DNA of 64,000 bases from Camelus ferus (taxonomy: Eukaryota): the NCBI RefSeq assembly GCF_009834535.1, contig NC_045697.1:22260001-22324000 (forward strand), in the 5' to 3' direction. Both the position numbers and the translations under genes were made by a program. Within the stretch, counting starts at the first letter, position 1, and each line of letters starts with the position of its first letter. Shown one piece after another: positions 13,831 through 26,400 of the stretch. The notes beneath the pieces are model-generated. The model was not told where the DNA came from. It saw only the letters and a program-made list of their open reading frames with translations, and did no database searches.

Positions 13831-14722
13831 AATTAGAAGGAAATGTTCCATTTCTCCCATGTTAAATGAAGGGCTTAGAGCTAGCTCAGCTTGAATATTG
13901 TTTTCATAGGATGGATTTTATAATGTAATACCAATGTTCTATTACATAAGAATAAATGTATTCATAAGCAACCCCCTTAAAAAAAGAAAAAGACTTACAG
14001 TTCATTTGTATCTGCCCAAACCCTGAGAAGCTTTCAGGAAATTTACATCCCTTTAATTTTTCTCTTCATATTTAATGTAAGATTAAAAACAAAGTGAGAA
14101 TTCAAGTGGGAAATTAGCTCAGGTGTCATTATTAGCCGTTCTCACTCACCAAAGCCATGTTCTCAAAATGTAACAGTGTCTCAAACACCTTCTAATGGGC
14201 TCTATTAATCTGTTCTGTGCACTCCACCTTTTGGAATTTCACTATGACATTGCTCTTGCTAGGTGCTTTGACATGAAATTTGCTTTTAAATGGGGATTAA
14301 TGTGTTTTGGTCAAGCCACTGACACAGTACTTAACAACCCAAATACGCTTTTCCATATGCAGGGTGTCATCTGTGGTATCCAAGATTTTTTCATAAAGAC
14401 CCAGTTGCCTCCCTTTGTGTCCTTTAACCAAAATAACAGTCGAGGAGGCACAGTGTTTCACAAACATTTTAAAGCATGTCTCTCCCAATACATGCATTCA
14501 TTTCATTCACAATTTCTTAAAGAAAAATGACTAGAGACGATAAAGAGAAATAAAAGAATAACTGTGTGTTCCACAGAGATAGTTGTACACCAGAACTAGT
14601 TGCTGGTCATGATAGAGGAGAAAAAGGATTGGTGAGAGGAGAAGTCTGGGCTTTATTCTGCTTGTCAGCACAAACACGAGTCTCAGCTGTCCCATCTCTA
14701 AAATAAGAGATCTGGAAGAGTT

Positions 14723-14880
14723 CCATGCTTTCTAAATCCACTGCGCATCCATTCAGCTGTGAAGCATATTCAGAAGCTCCACCCCAGTCCGGAGGAATCT
14801 GAATGTAGGATCAGTGCCCAGGAATCTGTGATTTTTGCTCCATAGCGACCTTGATGCACAACAAGGTGTGGGAACCACTC
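14723..14880. mobile_element. MER5A-like hAT-Charlie MITE inside a MIR3-like element
   Basis: ctccaccccag...gaatctgaat...gcccaggaatctgtgatttt...tgatgcac...ggtgtgggaaccact; MIR-like pieces on both sides (about 14640-14720 and 14881-14915). Confidence 0.7.
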
Positions 14881-14984
14881 TTTCAGTAATCTCTCCGATC
14901 TGTTTCAATTCAAAGCAGATATGACCCTCAAAGTCTATTTCAGAGAAATTTCATCACTGAGCTGCCATCTGCCTAATTAGGATT

Positions 14985-15140
14985 AAAGAGGCCAGACTGG
15001 AGTCTGAGCTCTACTGTTTACCAGCCTTGTGGGGCAAGACTTTAAATTGTTGAGAGCCAATTTCTTTCTCCAAATAATGAGGATAGTATTGTGTTGCCAG
15101 GACTGTTGCATGTATTACAGTACTTAGTATAGTGTCAGTA
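14985..15140 (+). mobile_element. MIR SINE
   Basis: ccagactggagtctgagctctactgtttaccagc...ggggcaagactttaa...ataatgaggatagt resembles sense MIR. Confidence 0.6.
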
Positions 15141-17349
15141 ACTATTGGCTGGAAGGATATTGGGAGTGAAGGAGAAAAGTGTCCAGATCACAAAGTGTAA
15201 CATTATCAAGGGACCAAAAAGAATGAAAGGAGTGAGAAGTAAAATAATGTTTGCTAAGCTTGCACGATGTCACCAACTTAGTTCATTTTTTTATGAGTTT
15301 ACAACACCTCTTTCTTTTTTTTTTTAACAATTTCAATAAACCAAACAAGCTTCTTCCTTTTAAGATCTGTGGAGAATCTTGTAAGTTCATTCTAAGATAT
15401 AGTAGAAGATTTTCCAAGCAAGAGATACTAAATTGTTAGAACTAAATTATACATACAATGAAATAAAGAGAATAGCAAAAATTCTCCCCTATTCTGAAAT
15501 AAAGACTATTTTAAGCCTCAGAGTCTGTCTCAGACCAAAAGATGCTTTTTAAATATTTGCTATCTGCTCCTAAAGGATCTCATTGATAAGAACTATTTTT
15601 AAATATATAGTCTCTTCTACACATGGGTTTACAGTTTGATACAATCCAGACATACTTACCTGTAGAGAGACTGATTATGGAGACAAGATATTCCAAAAGT
15701 GTTGCTAGTTTTGTCTTGTGGGAAAATGGGGCTTCATTTTTTTTCTACTTTTGAAACTACAATTCTCATAATTTTGGTCTTCTTTCCTTTGATTCTATTA
15801 ACTCAAGAGAAAATAGAAAAAACATTCAGTGGCGTTCAACTTACACATTGTTGTTCTATGAAACTTCCCACACAACAGGATGACTTGTAAGCTGAAGCTG
15901 GACAGAATGTATGGGAACTGTATTTGGCTTGTAGGGTGTAATATATACACCCTCGTACAAAGGGCATTTCAGCACAAAGAATTCAATAATCTGACACTTC
16001 TCTTGTGAAGTGCATTATTCTGCTGTAGAGAAAATTGCTATGGCCAATTTTTTCAGTAGGATTCATTTCTCTACAATAGCCCAGCAAGGTCAGACCTCAA
16101 ACGATGCTGTGACCTCCCTCACATGCCCCCTCATAACTGCTGAGGACTGCCAGGGAGGAAGGAGTTCTCCCTAACCTGTCTGCTGGGATCCTCAAGTTTA
16201 GTTCAAGTTGTAAGAATGGAGGCGGTGGCTGCTGAACTTCACCTGCCATAGTTTTTTGTTATTGTTTCCTTAATGTCTGAGTATTTGTTCCAGGGCTGGA
16301 ATATAAATAGGATGGAAGGGCCTGGAGCAGCTTCTGTGACTCATATAAGCCGTAATTACACTGGCCATGCAACTATTTCCAGAACAGACAGAAGACCTAT
16401 AATTCGGAGAACAACATTTGTTTTAAAATGATGGCTCCAAATACTTCCCTTGACTTTGTCCTAGAAATGTTGGAGTCACAGAAAAGATGACCTCTTTGTT
16501 AAGTACCTGTAACTTCTTAATATGTATGTGTGTATTTACACATTGGTATAGCTGTTAAGTTTGAGCTAAATACTAAACCGATAGACAATATAGATGCTTT
16601 TTTAAAAAAAGCTCTATGATTTCCTCTATGATTTCCTCTTCTGTGTCTTTATTTTTAGAGATAAATGGGAGTTTTCAAAGAAGGGAGTTTACTTCAACCG
16701 TAAGGCAGCCCTCTGCCAACTTTTGCAAAAGAGGCCCTTCGACTTTCAAGAGCATTAATCCATGGAGGACTTGCTTTATTCTGTTCAATCTGGGCATCAG
16801 AAACCGCATACAATTCATTCACTTTGCTGAAATCAGCAAGTCTCCATGGTACCTCAGGCCTCAAGTTTCCTTGTGAATACACCTGTCCCTCTCATAGGAT
16901 TTAGGGCATTCTCCGTGATCATTTGAAGAATTTTGTAACAAAAAAATTATCAGAGACATCCCAGCAAGAAGAAATATGTATCACCTTGCATATCATTAAA
17001 AATAATGTTTAAGGAAAGAAAAAATGAGTTGCAATATAGTGCCTTCAAAATGACACTTTAATGACTTGCATTGCTTTAGGATAACCTCTAGCTTTTGCAT
17101 AAAGTTGCAGAGCAAATGACAGTATAAGTTAGATGTAATTATACTCAAATTTTCTTAAAAATTGAAACCTTTCTAAGAATAAAAGTTGGGGAAATTTTTC
17201 TTTTCAACTCACCTGTCCATCTGGCAAAGTTTTTAAAAATATTTTTTCATTCTTATATTTGTTCACTTTTTTTATCTGTTCATAAAATGGCATTAGCTAT
17301 ATTTGGGGGTATTTGTTTTTCTTTTATTGTTTTATTTCTTTGTGTGTGT

Positions 17350-17635
17350 GTTCTAATTGATATATAATGTTATATTAACTTCAACTGTATGACATAATGA
17401 CTTGATGTTAGTATATATTGCAAAATGATCACTACAATTAGTCTAAGTAACATCTGTGACCATACATGATTACAAAAAGATTTTTCTTATGATGAGAAAT
17501 TTTAAGGCCTACTCTTTTCATAATGTTTAGATATGCAATACAGTATTGTAAACTGCAGTCACCATGCTGTACATTACAGCCCCGTGACAATAATTTTATA
17601 ACTGGAAGTTTGAACCTTTGGGCCCTCTTCACCTA
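17350..17635 (-). mobile_element. LINE-1 3' UTR fragment (L1MA9-like)
   Basis: tatattgcaaaatgatcactacaattagtctaagtaacatc...gatgagaaattttaag...gtcaccatgctgtacatta...ttataactggaagtttg are characteristic L1MA9-type 3' end motifs. Confidence 0.8.
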
Positions 17636-20289
17636 GTTTGTGTATTTTGTAATAATATAATTTCATCCCATATTTTCTCAGTTTTAGTTCATTTTCAGTT
17701 GGCAGTTCTTTCAATCCATTGACTCTAAGCTGAATTTCTGAGGTTTTGCCTTCTTAAAACCAAAATATTATGCAATCACCTTTCACAGCTCAAATACTTT
17801 AATTATATTATTGAGGTACTTAATGCAACTGATCCTGTTTTCAATCTGAAAATAAACTGACCTAGTCAGACTTTAATTTAAAAAGGTAAAGGTAGTCCAA
17901 GCCTAAAGGGGGTTTTTCTTTCCATTGAAGGTGGAATTGATACGAAGTGACTTCTTGGCAAAGTGTGAAATATGCATGTGCGTGTGAGAATGACTGTTTT
18001 TGATCCACCGTCACCTTCTATTCTGGGTTTTCCAGAGAGTTCACTCCACCTGTAGTATGACTGATCCATTGACCAACACACATGGTCATTCAGTAGTATG
18101 ATTTTTAACATTTTGTTTAAACAAAATGGCCATAATTATTTAGATGGACATCTGACAATGAATACTTTTTGAACTGGTTGGATAATGTTTTTAGCATCAT
18201 TGATCCAGCAAGATCGAATAATAAGACAGACTTTTTGTTTAATAGAATTCTCTCTAAGATGTTCCACACCGTTAGTGAAAAGGGAGTTACTCAAGTTACA
18301 TAGATACGTTCTCAAGGACATCAGTTAATAAAACACGGACATCTGTGCCTGGATCCTCAATGTTTGTATGTAGGCATTTGCTCAAGCAAACCATTTTGCA
18401 GTATTAATTGAATGACCTTTTTATTAAACTTAAGTTTTTGTAGACCTATTCAGATTTTTTAAGTTAGTGTAGCCTATAGAAAATATTTCTCAAGCAGTAT
18501 CAAATTATTTTATCTTTAGGATTATATATGAAGACTATAAGAACAGACATAAAAATATCAAAATAATACATAACCAGAAGTTACTTTTACAGAGGCGGTT
18601 TCATTTTACTTTTTTTCTCCTGAACCCTTGCATTTTAAAACTAAAACTCCATCAGATTCATGGAGATGAACAAATGTATGTATAATGCACTGTTGTAAGG
18701 GAGGGACCTTTAGATGTGTACCAGACACAAGTTATATAGGGTCTTCTAAAAAAAGACATTATGTAGTATTTTGCTGAGTTTGTGCAAAATACTACAGCTT
18801 TCTCTAGGATGCCTTTCCTTTTGGAAAAGGAGCTTAATTCTCCCAAGGCAAGAGTGCAGGGCCCTTTCCTGCTCTTATTTGCTTTTAGAAACTCACACTG
18901 TCAGGTTGATAAATGAGCTTTGACAGAAGCAAAGTTATTTCAAATCTCATTCACAGGTAGAATCATCTTTAATAGATGTTTTTTAAGTCTCTGGAAGAGG
19001 AAAATATATATAGAAAATGCATAGTATTAATTCACTGTGAGGCTATTACTTTCCCAAAAGCCAAAAACTCATCATCTCTCTGAAACTATATTTTAAATTT
19101 ATCCTACCACACTTACATGTACGTGTATGTCCCTTTATTTACAAACAGGGTTATTTATTTTTTTATCTATATGAAAGAAAATCAGTTATTCGCCAAGAAA
19201 AAGAAGTTGGTAGAAAATACGTCTTCTGGAAGGTAACCTTTTCTAAACTGAGCACTAATGAATCCATCTTTGACTAGATCACCCTAACAGAATGATGCTT
19301 AGAAATTACAGAAAAGAGTTGAAGGTTTAACAAATGTAGGTACATTTTCGTTCTATTCTCTCTGCTTTTGATGCTTGACAAATCAATTCATTAGTGATGA
19401 AATAATGGGGTTAAGTCTGCAGAGAGAGCTCAATTCATTGCATTTATCCCACCCACCTTAGTTCATCTACAGAGTCAGTGCTCTGATGGCGTGAGAACAT
19501 ACTCCCATCATTCTCCCTGGCATAAACCCCTCACCTTCCACTTAGGTTTGTGATATTAAGTCAGCCATTCCTTTTTCCCTTTGCACTTTTAGAAATACAC
19601 AGAAATACAGCATTTAGAAAGAACTCTCCCTGCAGGGTTAAGTAGATTCTGTAATTAATAGTAGAGACCAGTAATAGGCTATTTGCATTTCTGTGTATTC
19701 TGAAGCGAGTGAGAACACTTTCTTTAGTTGTTATTACTTTTAGATTAGCTCGTATAAATAACTGCTTTTAGTACTAAACTGGTGTCAGAGCTATGACTCA
19801 TTTTAACTATCTTTGTTTTGCTAAGTTTGGAAATGTAACAAAGCTAATTTTCTTTGGAAGACAATATTGGAGCATCTGAAACACACAATAAATGCACATT
19901 AGCACACTTTGAGATAAAAACAAAGCTGGTATAAAACTCTAAAGAAATCCTTTGGACAAATAAAAATACCCAATTTGATGAAGGGTTTTGCTGGCTGTTG
20001 TCATCGTTAATGGGAATAATATGTGAAATCTATTTTCAATTTTGAAAAAATGCAAACAGGATAACATTTATAACAACATGAGTTATTCTACTGAACACTG
20101 CAGTTGCCTGACCCTAAAATATGTGCTCCTGTGCACAGCTGTAAGAGAGTGGGACAAAGAAAACCATCTATGATCTCATTTAAAGAGCTTAGAGTTGCAT
20201 TACAAGCATAAAGACTTGTGCACTAATAATTGTAATTTAACATAAACAGACCCAGTGCAGAAGAAGATGAGAAAAAAGGAAGCACTGAC

Positions 20290-20500
20290 AATGTGTGAGG
20301 GGATACAGGAGAAGGAAGGAAGTTTCTTGGATTAGGAGAGAGGACAGGCTTTGTGGAGAACTGATCATTTTAGATAGGTTTTGGAAGATGTGTAAGATTT
20401 AACAGGTAGTGTCATTAGTGGAAAGAAAGAAGCAAGTATAAGAACAGGCAACAGCATGAGTGGAGACACGAAAGCCAGAAACCTGAAGCCATTTCAGAGA
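20290..20500 (-). mobile_element. L2 fragment
   Basis: Purine-rich ggctttgtggagaa...tttagataggttttggaagatgtgtaagattt...caacagcatgag resembles antisense L2. Confidence 0.45.
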
Positions 20501-20589
20501 GACATTTGATCTCAATCACACTACACAGAGCACGCGAGGGAACTCAATCAAATATAAGGGGAGAATGACGGCACCATGCAGTCACCTGT

Positions 20590-21080
20590 CATTCACTCCT
20601 CCACCGAGCTCTTCAAGTTCCTGAAATGAATTAGTCCCTGGGATAAACTAGTGATACGTTCAGAAAAAAAAGCGAGTGAAATATAATGCCTGTCCTGGAG
20701 GGAATCATTCTTTATTGTACAATATGGAAGGAAAAACAGATAATTACAAGACCATGTGATAATTTCTTCACTTGGAGCTTTCAGAGTGTTATGAGAGTAA
20801 AACACATGTATAATTAAGTCTGTTTGGGGGAATCAAGAAAAACTTAATGGAGAAATTGACATTTGGGCTAGATTCGGAAGGGTATGTAAATATTAAAGTA
20901 GATGGGGAGAGTGTAATATGAATTGTCAAAGCAGATGAAATAAACATTTGTAAATGAAAGCAGGTATAGAAAGGCACAATTGGTCAGGGCGGGAGACTTG
21001 AGTGCTGTGCTCAGGAGGTTGGACTTTATTCCACGGCCTTAGGGTCTTGGCAGTTATGTAAATAGTGAAGTCAAAGATCT
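20590..21080 (-). mobile_element. L2 fragment
   Basis: cattcactc...cctgtcctggagggaatcattc...gggaatcaagaaaaacttaatggagaaattgacatttgggct...ggaggttggactttattcc resembles antisense L2. Confidence 0.65.
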
Positions 21081-21469
21081 TAGCTGAGCTTTGGCACCTT
21101 GGGCCTTGATTTAGAGCCTACATAGACAAACAAAATGGATTGTAACATGACCAACACAATGATATCTTGTACCTTCTAAAGTATCCTAAACAAGTTTATG
21201 ACTATTTCTACATAAAGTCCCCAAATCTGATCAATCTGAAAGGAAGCACATGCACTGTTTGTAATAAAACAGTAGCTTCTCTGACCACTTTATACCAAGA
21301 CTCAGTACTTCTTGACATAAATGGTTACATGGAAGGATGGTCCCACTGTATTCATATATAATTTTATACAACAAAATATAGTATTTGTTTTAGGTAGGTA
21401 AATCATAATCCCTTTCAACATAGATACTCAATTCTTTGGGTCAAATCTTCTAATCCATCTCTCTGAGAA

Positions 21470-21955
21470 TGAGATCAAAATTCCTTGCCATGCCTTATAA
21501 ATATTCCAGTACCTGAACCCTGCCTAATCCTGACCTCTTCTCCTGTCATCCTCTTCTGGGCTCTCTGTGTTCCAACCACACTACCATTCTATCTAGTCAT
21601 CAAACACACCAAGCTTCACACCCCAGGCCCTTTGCACTTGCTCTTCCTACTGCCCACATTCTTTCTCCCCAAGATGGCTATAACTGTTTTGTCTTTCAGA
21701 TCCCAAGACAAATGTCTAAATTAGATAGGGACACTCTCCAACCCCAAAGCCCCAGTCACACTCAACCGCATCACCCCTCTTCTCTGAAATCATTCCATTT
21801 ATCTCTTTGCTTATATACTTACTCTGCCTCCTCCTACCTTTTGTCCTCACCACATACACACTAGATTGCAAAATATGAGAGCCAGTAACTTGCCCACATA
21901 GCTCATAACTGTTTTCATGCGGGCCTAGGACAATAGGTGTTTAGTTGATTGAATG
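21470..21955 (+). mobile_element. L2a-like 3' fragment
   Basis: ctctgtgttccaaccacacta...caaacacaccaagc...ccaggccctttgcacttgct...actagattgcaaaatatgagag...gggcctaggacaataggtg...gttgattgaatg. Confidence 0.8.
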
Positions 21956-24039
21956 CAGATATAGCCTTCCCATATATTTACATCATTATTTTCAAAGATT
22001 GGTGTTAATAATAGGTACCAACTATTTGGGGGTGTGGCTGAAAAGAACAGCGTACAACTTAGTCCTTTCTACACCAAGCAAATGATAAGGCCCTTGGTTT
22101 GGTTCAACGTTTCATCTGTCTGGCAGCCCAGCCACGCCACTCTGCTTATGAGATTCACTCGCGCGGATACACGGCTCATCATTCGTACCAGGAAAGTTAA
22201 TAGGAATTAGGAGGAAATGTTAGTGGCCTTTCTCCTTCTCCTCCTGCTCCAGCATATAATCAACCATGTCCTTCTCATCTGCAGAGTACTTATTAAGGCT
22301 TTACCAAAAGAGGCTTTGAAAGGGAGCCTGCATGAAAGAAATTACATGACTGTCTGGACCTCACCCTTTCTTACAAACAGAGACAGATGCGGATAAAAGT
22401 GACCATATCGGATTTGTTCTGTACATCCTTTGTAACAATATGTTGCCATCAACGACCATTTTTTTGTTCTTGTTGACTTATTTTGATTTACTCAGCTCTG
22501 TTCTGTAATCATGAACATGACCTTTGCGTTTGCTTGAAAGTGCTCCTTTTACATGGCATCATACTAATTATAGTGATGCTATAGTGCTGTTTATAGGTCA
22601 GCAATGTACTCAGGATGGAAGCAGCCAGAGATTATGAGTAAACCAAAATGGAAATGACAGATCACAGAACCGGCTCTGCTACCTGGTCCTCTTGGACCTC
22701 TGGCCCGTAAGCCTTGTTGTCTCCAGATTCTAAGCTTCTACCTCTAAGGTATCTTCCCTCACAAATTAAAGGAAAAGGTGTGTCACCTAAAAGAAGACTG
22801 ATTCTGTATGTCCGAGGGATGTATGCTGTTTTAAAGGCTCACAGTAGTTTACCTCTGCACCAGGGTTGAGAACCAGAGGTCTGTATTGTGACTTGGGAAT
22901 ATCAAAGCCAGTGGCCAACTCAGTCCCTTTTTAGGTAACACTAGCTTTGTCACAGCAGAAGGCAAAGGTCAGTGTCCGACTCTCTGGATGTGGGCCTGTT
23001 GTGTCTCATTGGAGATGACATCTGTAATTACATTCAGTGAGGAATGGGATGTATCAATAGCTTTTTAAATCCACAATGTCCCTCTTTCCTTCTCGCTTCC
23101 CTCCTCCTTTCAATTAAATTCTTTGAATCAGCTTCCCAATTTCACTTTCTCTATTAAAATTTTCTTCATTTTACCTCTGTATATCCCAGAAGGTTACATT
23201 TGAAGGGGTGCCTAATACTCCCAGCAAACCCGGGCATCGCTCGTGGAGGTGTGAAACCGGTGCACCTGTCTCAATGTACGTTTTGATCTCATAGGGATGT
23301 TTGTTTCTCTATAATCTCCCGAAGGTTAAGCAGCATGCAAATGCTACTTGGCATGTATATATTATTCCAGTGAGTCAGTTATTTTGCTTGCCCCTGTGTA
23401 GTCTGAAGTCTGAAAGCCATGCTGTTTTTAAAGTTCTTAAAAGAGAGTGGAATGAATTTTGTATTATCACACAGTATGTCTGAGGGACCAGCTCTGCCCT
23501 CTTCATCATCAAGTTTACGTTACCGACTCTCTTGATGTGTATTAATTTACATGAACTAAACTTACATCCAGAATATAATATCTTCACCTTCTGTGGTAGC
23601 ATCCTTTATCAAAAAGGATCATTTTAGTTCCCACTTTAATTGTCTTTTCTGGCCTATTAGTATTAAAAACATTTAGAAATGCATTTCATTCGTGTGGAAA
23701 TGTTCTAAAGGAAAATCTTAAGGAGAGAAACCTATTTCTTTCTACTTTCCTAAAACATAAGTGAGACTTTAATTTAAAACAATGGTACTAAAATATACTG
23801 CTGGTGTTGATGTTTTCTCATCTAAATCGCTTTTAAATCTTTTTACTTATAAAGTTCCCTACACTTTATTCAAACAAATACTGAGAAAGCTACATTTCAT
23901 TCTTATTTTCTCAGGTTTATTCATATGCCAAAGGAAAAAGCCAAAATTGCACTTTTTCAGCATTTCAACAGAGTTAAATAGCTATTAATTTTATGAAGAT
24001 CTCAAACATAAAGGGAGATCAGGTACACAGCATTATTAC

Positions 24040-24480
24040 ACAGATTATCTACAATGTAATTCACCACATTAGAAGATTAAAGAAGGAAAAAATAATACTC
24101 ATATCAACAGATGAAACAACTCTCATTCATGTCAAACAAAAACTTAGCAAACTTGGAATAAAAGGGTATTTCCCCAACCCTCATGAAATGTTATATTTAG
24201 TGATGAAACATTGGAAGAATGCCTTTAAAATTTGAAACTAGGCAAAAATGCTTATTATCACTGCTTCAGTACATCTTATTAGAGGTCTTTGGTGCAAAAG
24301 GCAAAAACAAGAAAAGAAGAAAATGTAATGATTGGAAATGCTATCTGTATCTGTACACACATTAATTGATGTTGTGATATATATGCAAAAATCTATTGAA
24401 AAATGTGCAAGACTTCTATAAAAGGATGTTAAATTGGAAGTTTAGAATGAATTGCAGAGACAACAGATATTAGATACCAA
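24040..24480 (+). mobile_element. Old LINE-1 (L1M-type) ORF2 remnant, first part
   Basis: ORF 23993-24235 contains NVIHHIRRLKKEKIILISTDE and KLSKLGIKGYFPN, which match the L1 ORF2 motifs NVIHHINRLK..HMIISIDAEK and TLSKLGIEGNFLN; heavily decayed. Confidence 0.75.
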
Positions 24481-24649
24481 AGAGAACAGTAGACAAATAA
24501 ATTATAATTTTTCAAAGGAAACACTCAAAATAATTTATCTCCTGTCTGTTAATATTCCTCATCATGACATGTTTATGAAAAATAATTGAAAGGGAGTTGT
24601 GGGTAGGTAGAGACCATTTAAGAGCTTTTTGTGATTAGACCTGATAATA

Positions 24650-25205
24650 CATGTGCTTCTCACTCCCTCTATAAAGTGGAATTGATAAGGAAAGCATGTT
24701 CTAAATGCCAAGATGCCCAAAAAGAAGGCCTTCAATGACCCTCCTTGGAGAATTTGATATGTGACCCTGATATATATATATAAGGCTCGTGGTCCACTGG
24801 CTGAGTCCTAGACAGAAATCTAGAGAACAAGATAAGAGAGGTGACAAGCTACTCTGATGAAAGAATTAAAATGAGGAGGCTGATTTAGGTTTATCCCAGA
24901 GTTTATTAGGTTAGGGGCATAAATGTTTCCCAGGAATTATATGTAAGCCATGAAGAGGAGAGAGTTGGCTGGTAGCTGGTTTTACTTCTGCCTAAAAAGG
25001 GTCAAATGTGGAATTTAGCAGTAAACATCTGCACCACCCTGAAAAACTAGGAGACCAAGGCCAGATATAGAGGCTGGAAGAAAATGGTGTGTCACTCATT
25101 TCTTGGTAGTTGCAGAAGGACAGAACCCAGCAAGGGTCCTTATGTGGAACTTACACAAGATCCTACAATGGATTCAGCTTTGAACATCTGCCAAGTCCAA
25201 ACCAA
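24650..25205. mobile_element. Ancient LTR-like insert (possibly LTR78-like) interrupting the L1
   Basis: Purine-rich non-L1 block between two colinear L1 pieces; tcagctttgaacatctgccaag recalls an ancient ERV LTR motif. Family assignment is uncertain. Confidence 0.35.
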
Positions 25206-25269
25206 TTCTCTTAATGATCTTTTTTTTTTTTTTTAATTTAAAGCATTTAATCTTAAGTGTACTTTTCAG

Positions 25270-26400
25270 ATAATTTAACAAGCCAATCTCCAAATTCATT
25301 TAGGATTAAAAAGTCCAAACGTTGGCAAGATAAATTTTAAGAACAAAATTGATGATAGGAAGAACTTTTTCTACCTAACATTAGAACTAATTTTAAAACC
25401 AGAGTACTTAAGCGTATGGTATTAGCACAATGTTAAATAAAATAAGCAAATGGAACAGAATTAGAAACAATAAGATAGATCCATATATGTGTGTGCAATT
25501 AATTTACAAAAGCTATTAATAGAGAAGGCCAGGGGAAATAATTGACTGTAATCAGTAAATGATCCTGGGGTAACTGGGGATTCGGGATCAATAGAAAGAA
25601 CTCTACCTCACAGAATGCGCAAAATCAATTCTGGGTAGATTAAAGACCTGAAATTTAAGGATAGAATTGTAAAACTTATAGATCACATAGGAAAACATTA
25701 TGACTCCTGAATGAGGACAATTTATTTTTAACAAGTACAAACTACAAAAGAAGTATTTAATAAACTTGACTTTATTAACATTTGAAACTTCGGTACAACA
25801 GAAGACACCATGAACTAAAGTGAAGAAAGAATGCCACAGAGTGTGACAAGATATTTGCAATTTTTGAAAATAGACAAAATAGCAGTTGATGTGAGAAGAT
25901 ATCCAAATGGCCAACAAACATGAAAAGATGCTCAGTCTCACTAGTATTCAAGTAAAGGTTGATTGAAACTACCTCTGAATGCTATTTTACAACCGTCGGA
26001 TTCCGAAGAAGGATAACATCTGGCAATGCCAAGAGCATGGTGAGGATGTGGAGAGATAGAACTTCTCTCATCCTATCTGTTTGACCAACAACTGTTTGGA
26101 CAATAATTTGATAGAGACTTTGGGGAGAAATTGACAATAGCTAGTGAAGTTCAAGAATTCCAGACCCCTATGAGACATTCATTCTTCTAGACAGACCTTG
26201 GAAAAACTCTTGTACATGAACACGTTGAGACACGCCCAGGAGTGTGAACTGTGGCTCTGGGAGGAGCCCAGATGTCAGTTATTGGACTTCTAGACCAATG
26301 CATCTGGGTGGGTTCATGCCATGTGATAGTCTACTGAAGTTGAAGGGCGCGACTCCAGATACACAGGAGAGGATGGTACACAATGGAAGAAAAAGGAATA
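25270..26400 (+). mobile_element. Old LINE-1 (L1M/L1ME-type) ORF2 3' end and 3' UTR remnant
   Basis: aagccaatctccaaattc...tatggtattagcac...aaatggaacagaat; aaaatcaattctgggtagattaaagacctgaa; gaagatatccaaatggccaacaaacatgaaaagatgctcag; ggtgaggatgtggagagatagaact are L1 3' ORF2 motifs. Confidence 0.85.

Noticed and set aside
16612..16639. 12-bp tandem duplication (ctctatgatttc); similar ones near 27331 and 32770
   Set aside because: Ordinary replication-slippage micro-duplications.
17207..17225. 8-nt minus-strand micro-exon (ATGGACAG|gtgagt)
   Set aside because: Frame-shifting length and poor polypyrimidine tract; probably chance.
20590..21955. Inverted L2 pair as a miR-28/151-type hairpin
   Set aside because: The elements face head-to-head with about 400 bp of spacer and are highly diverged; those miRNAs arise from directly abutting tails.
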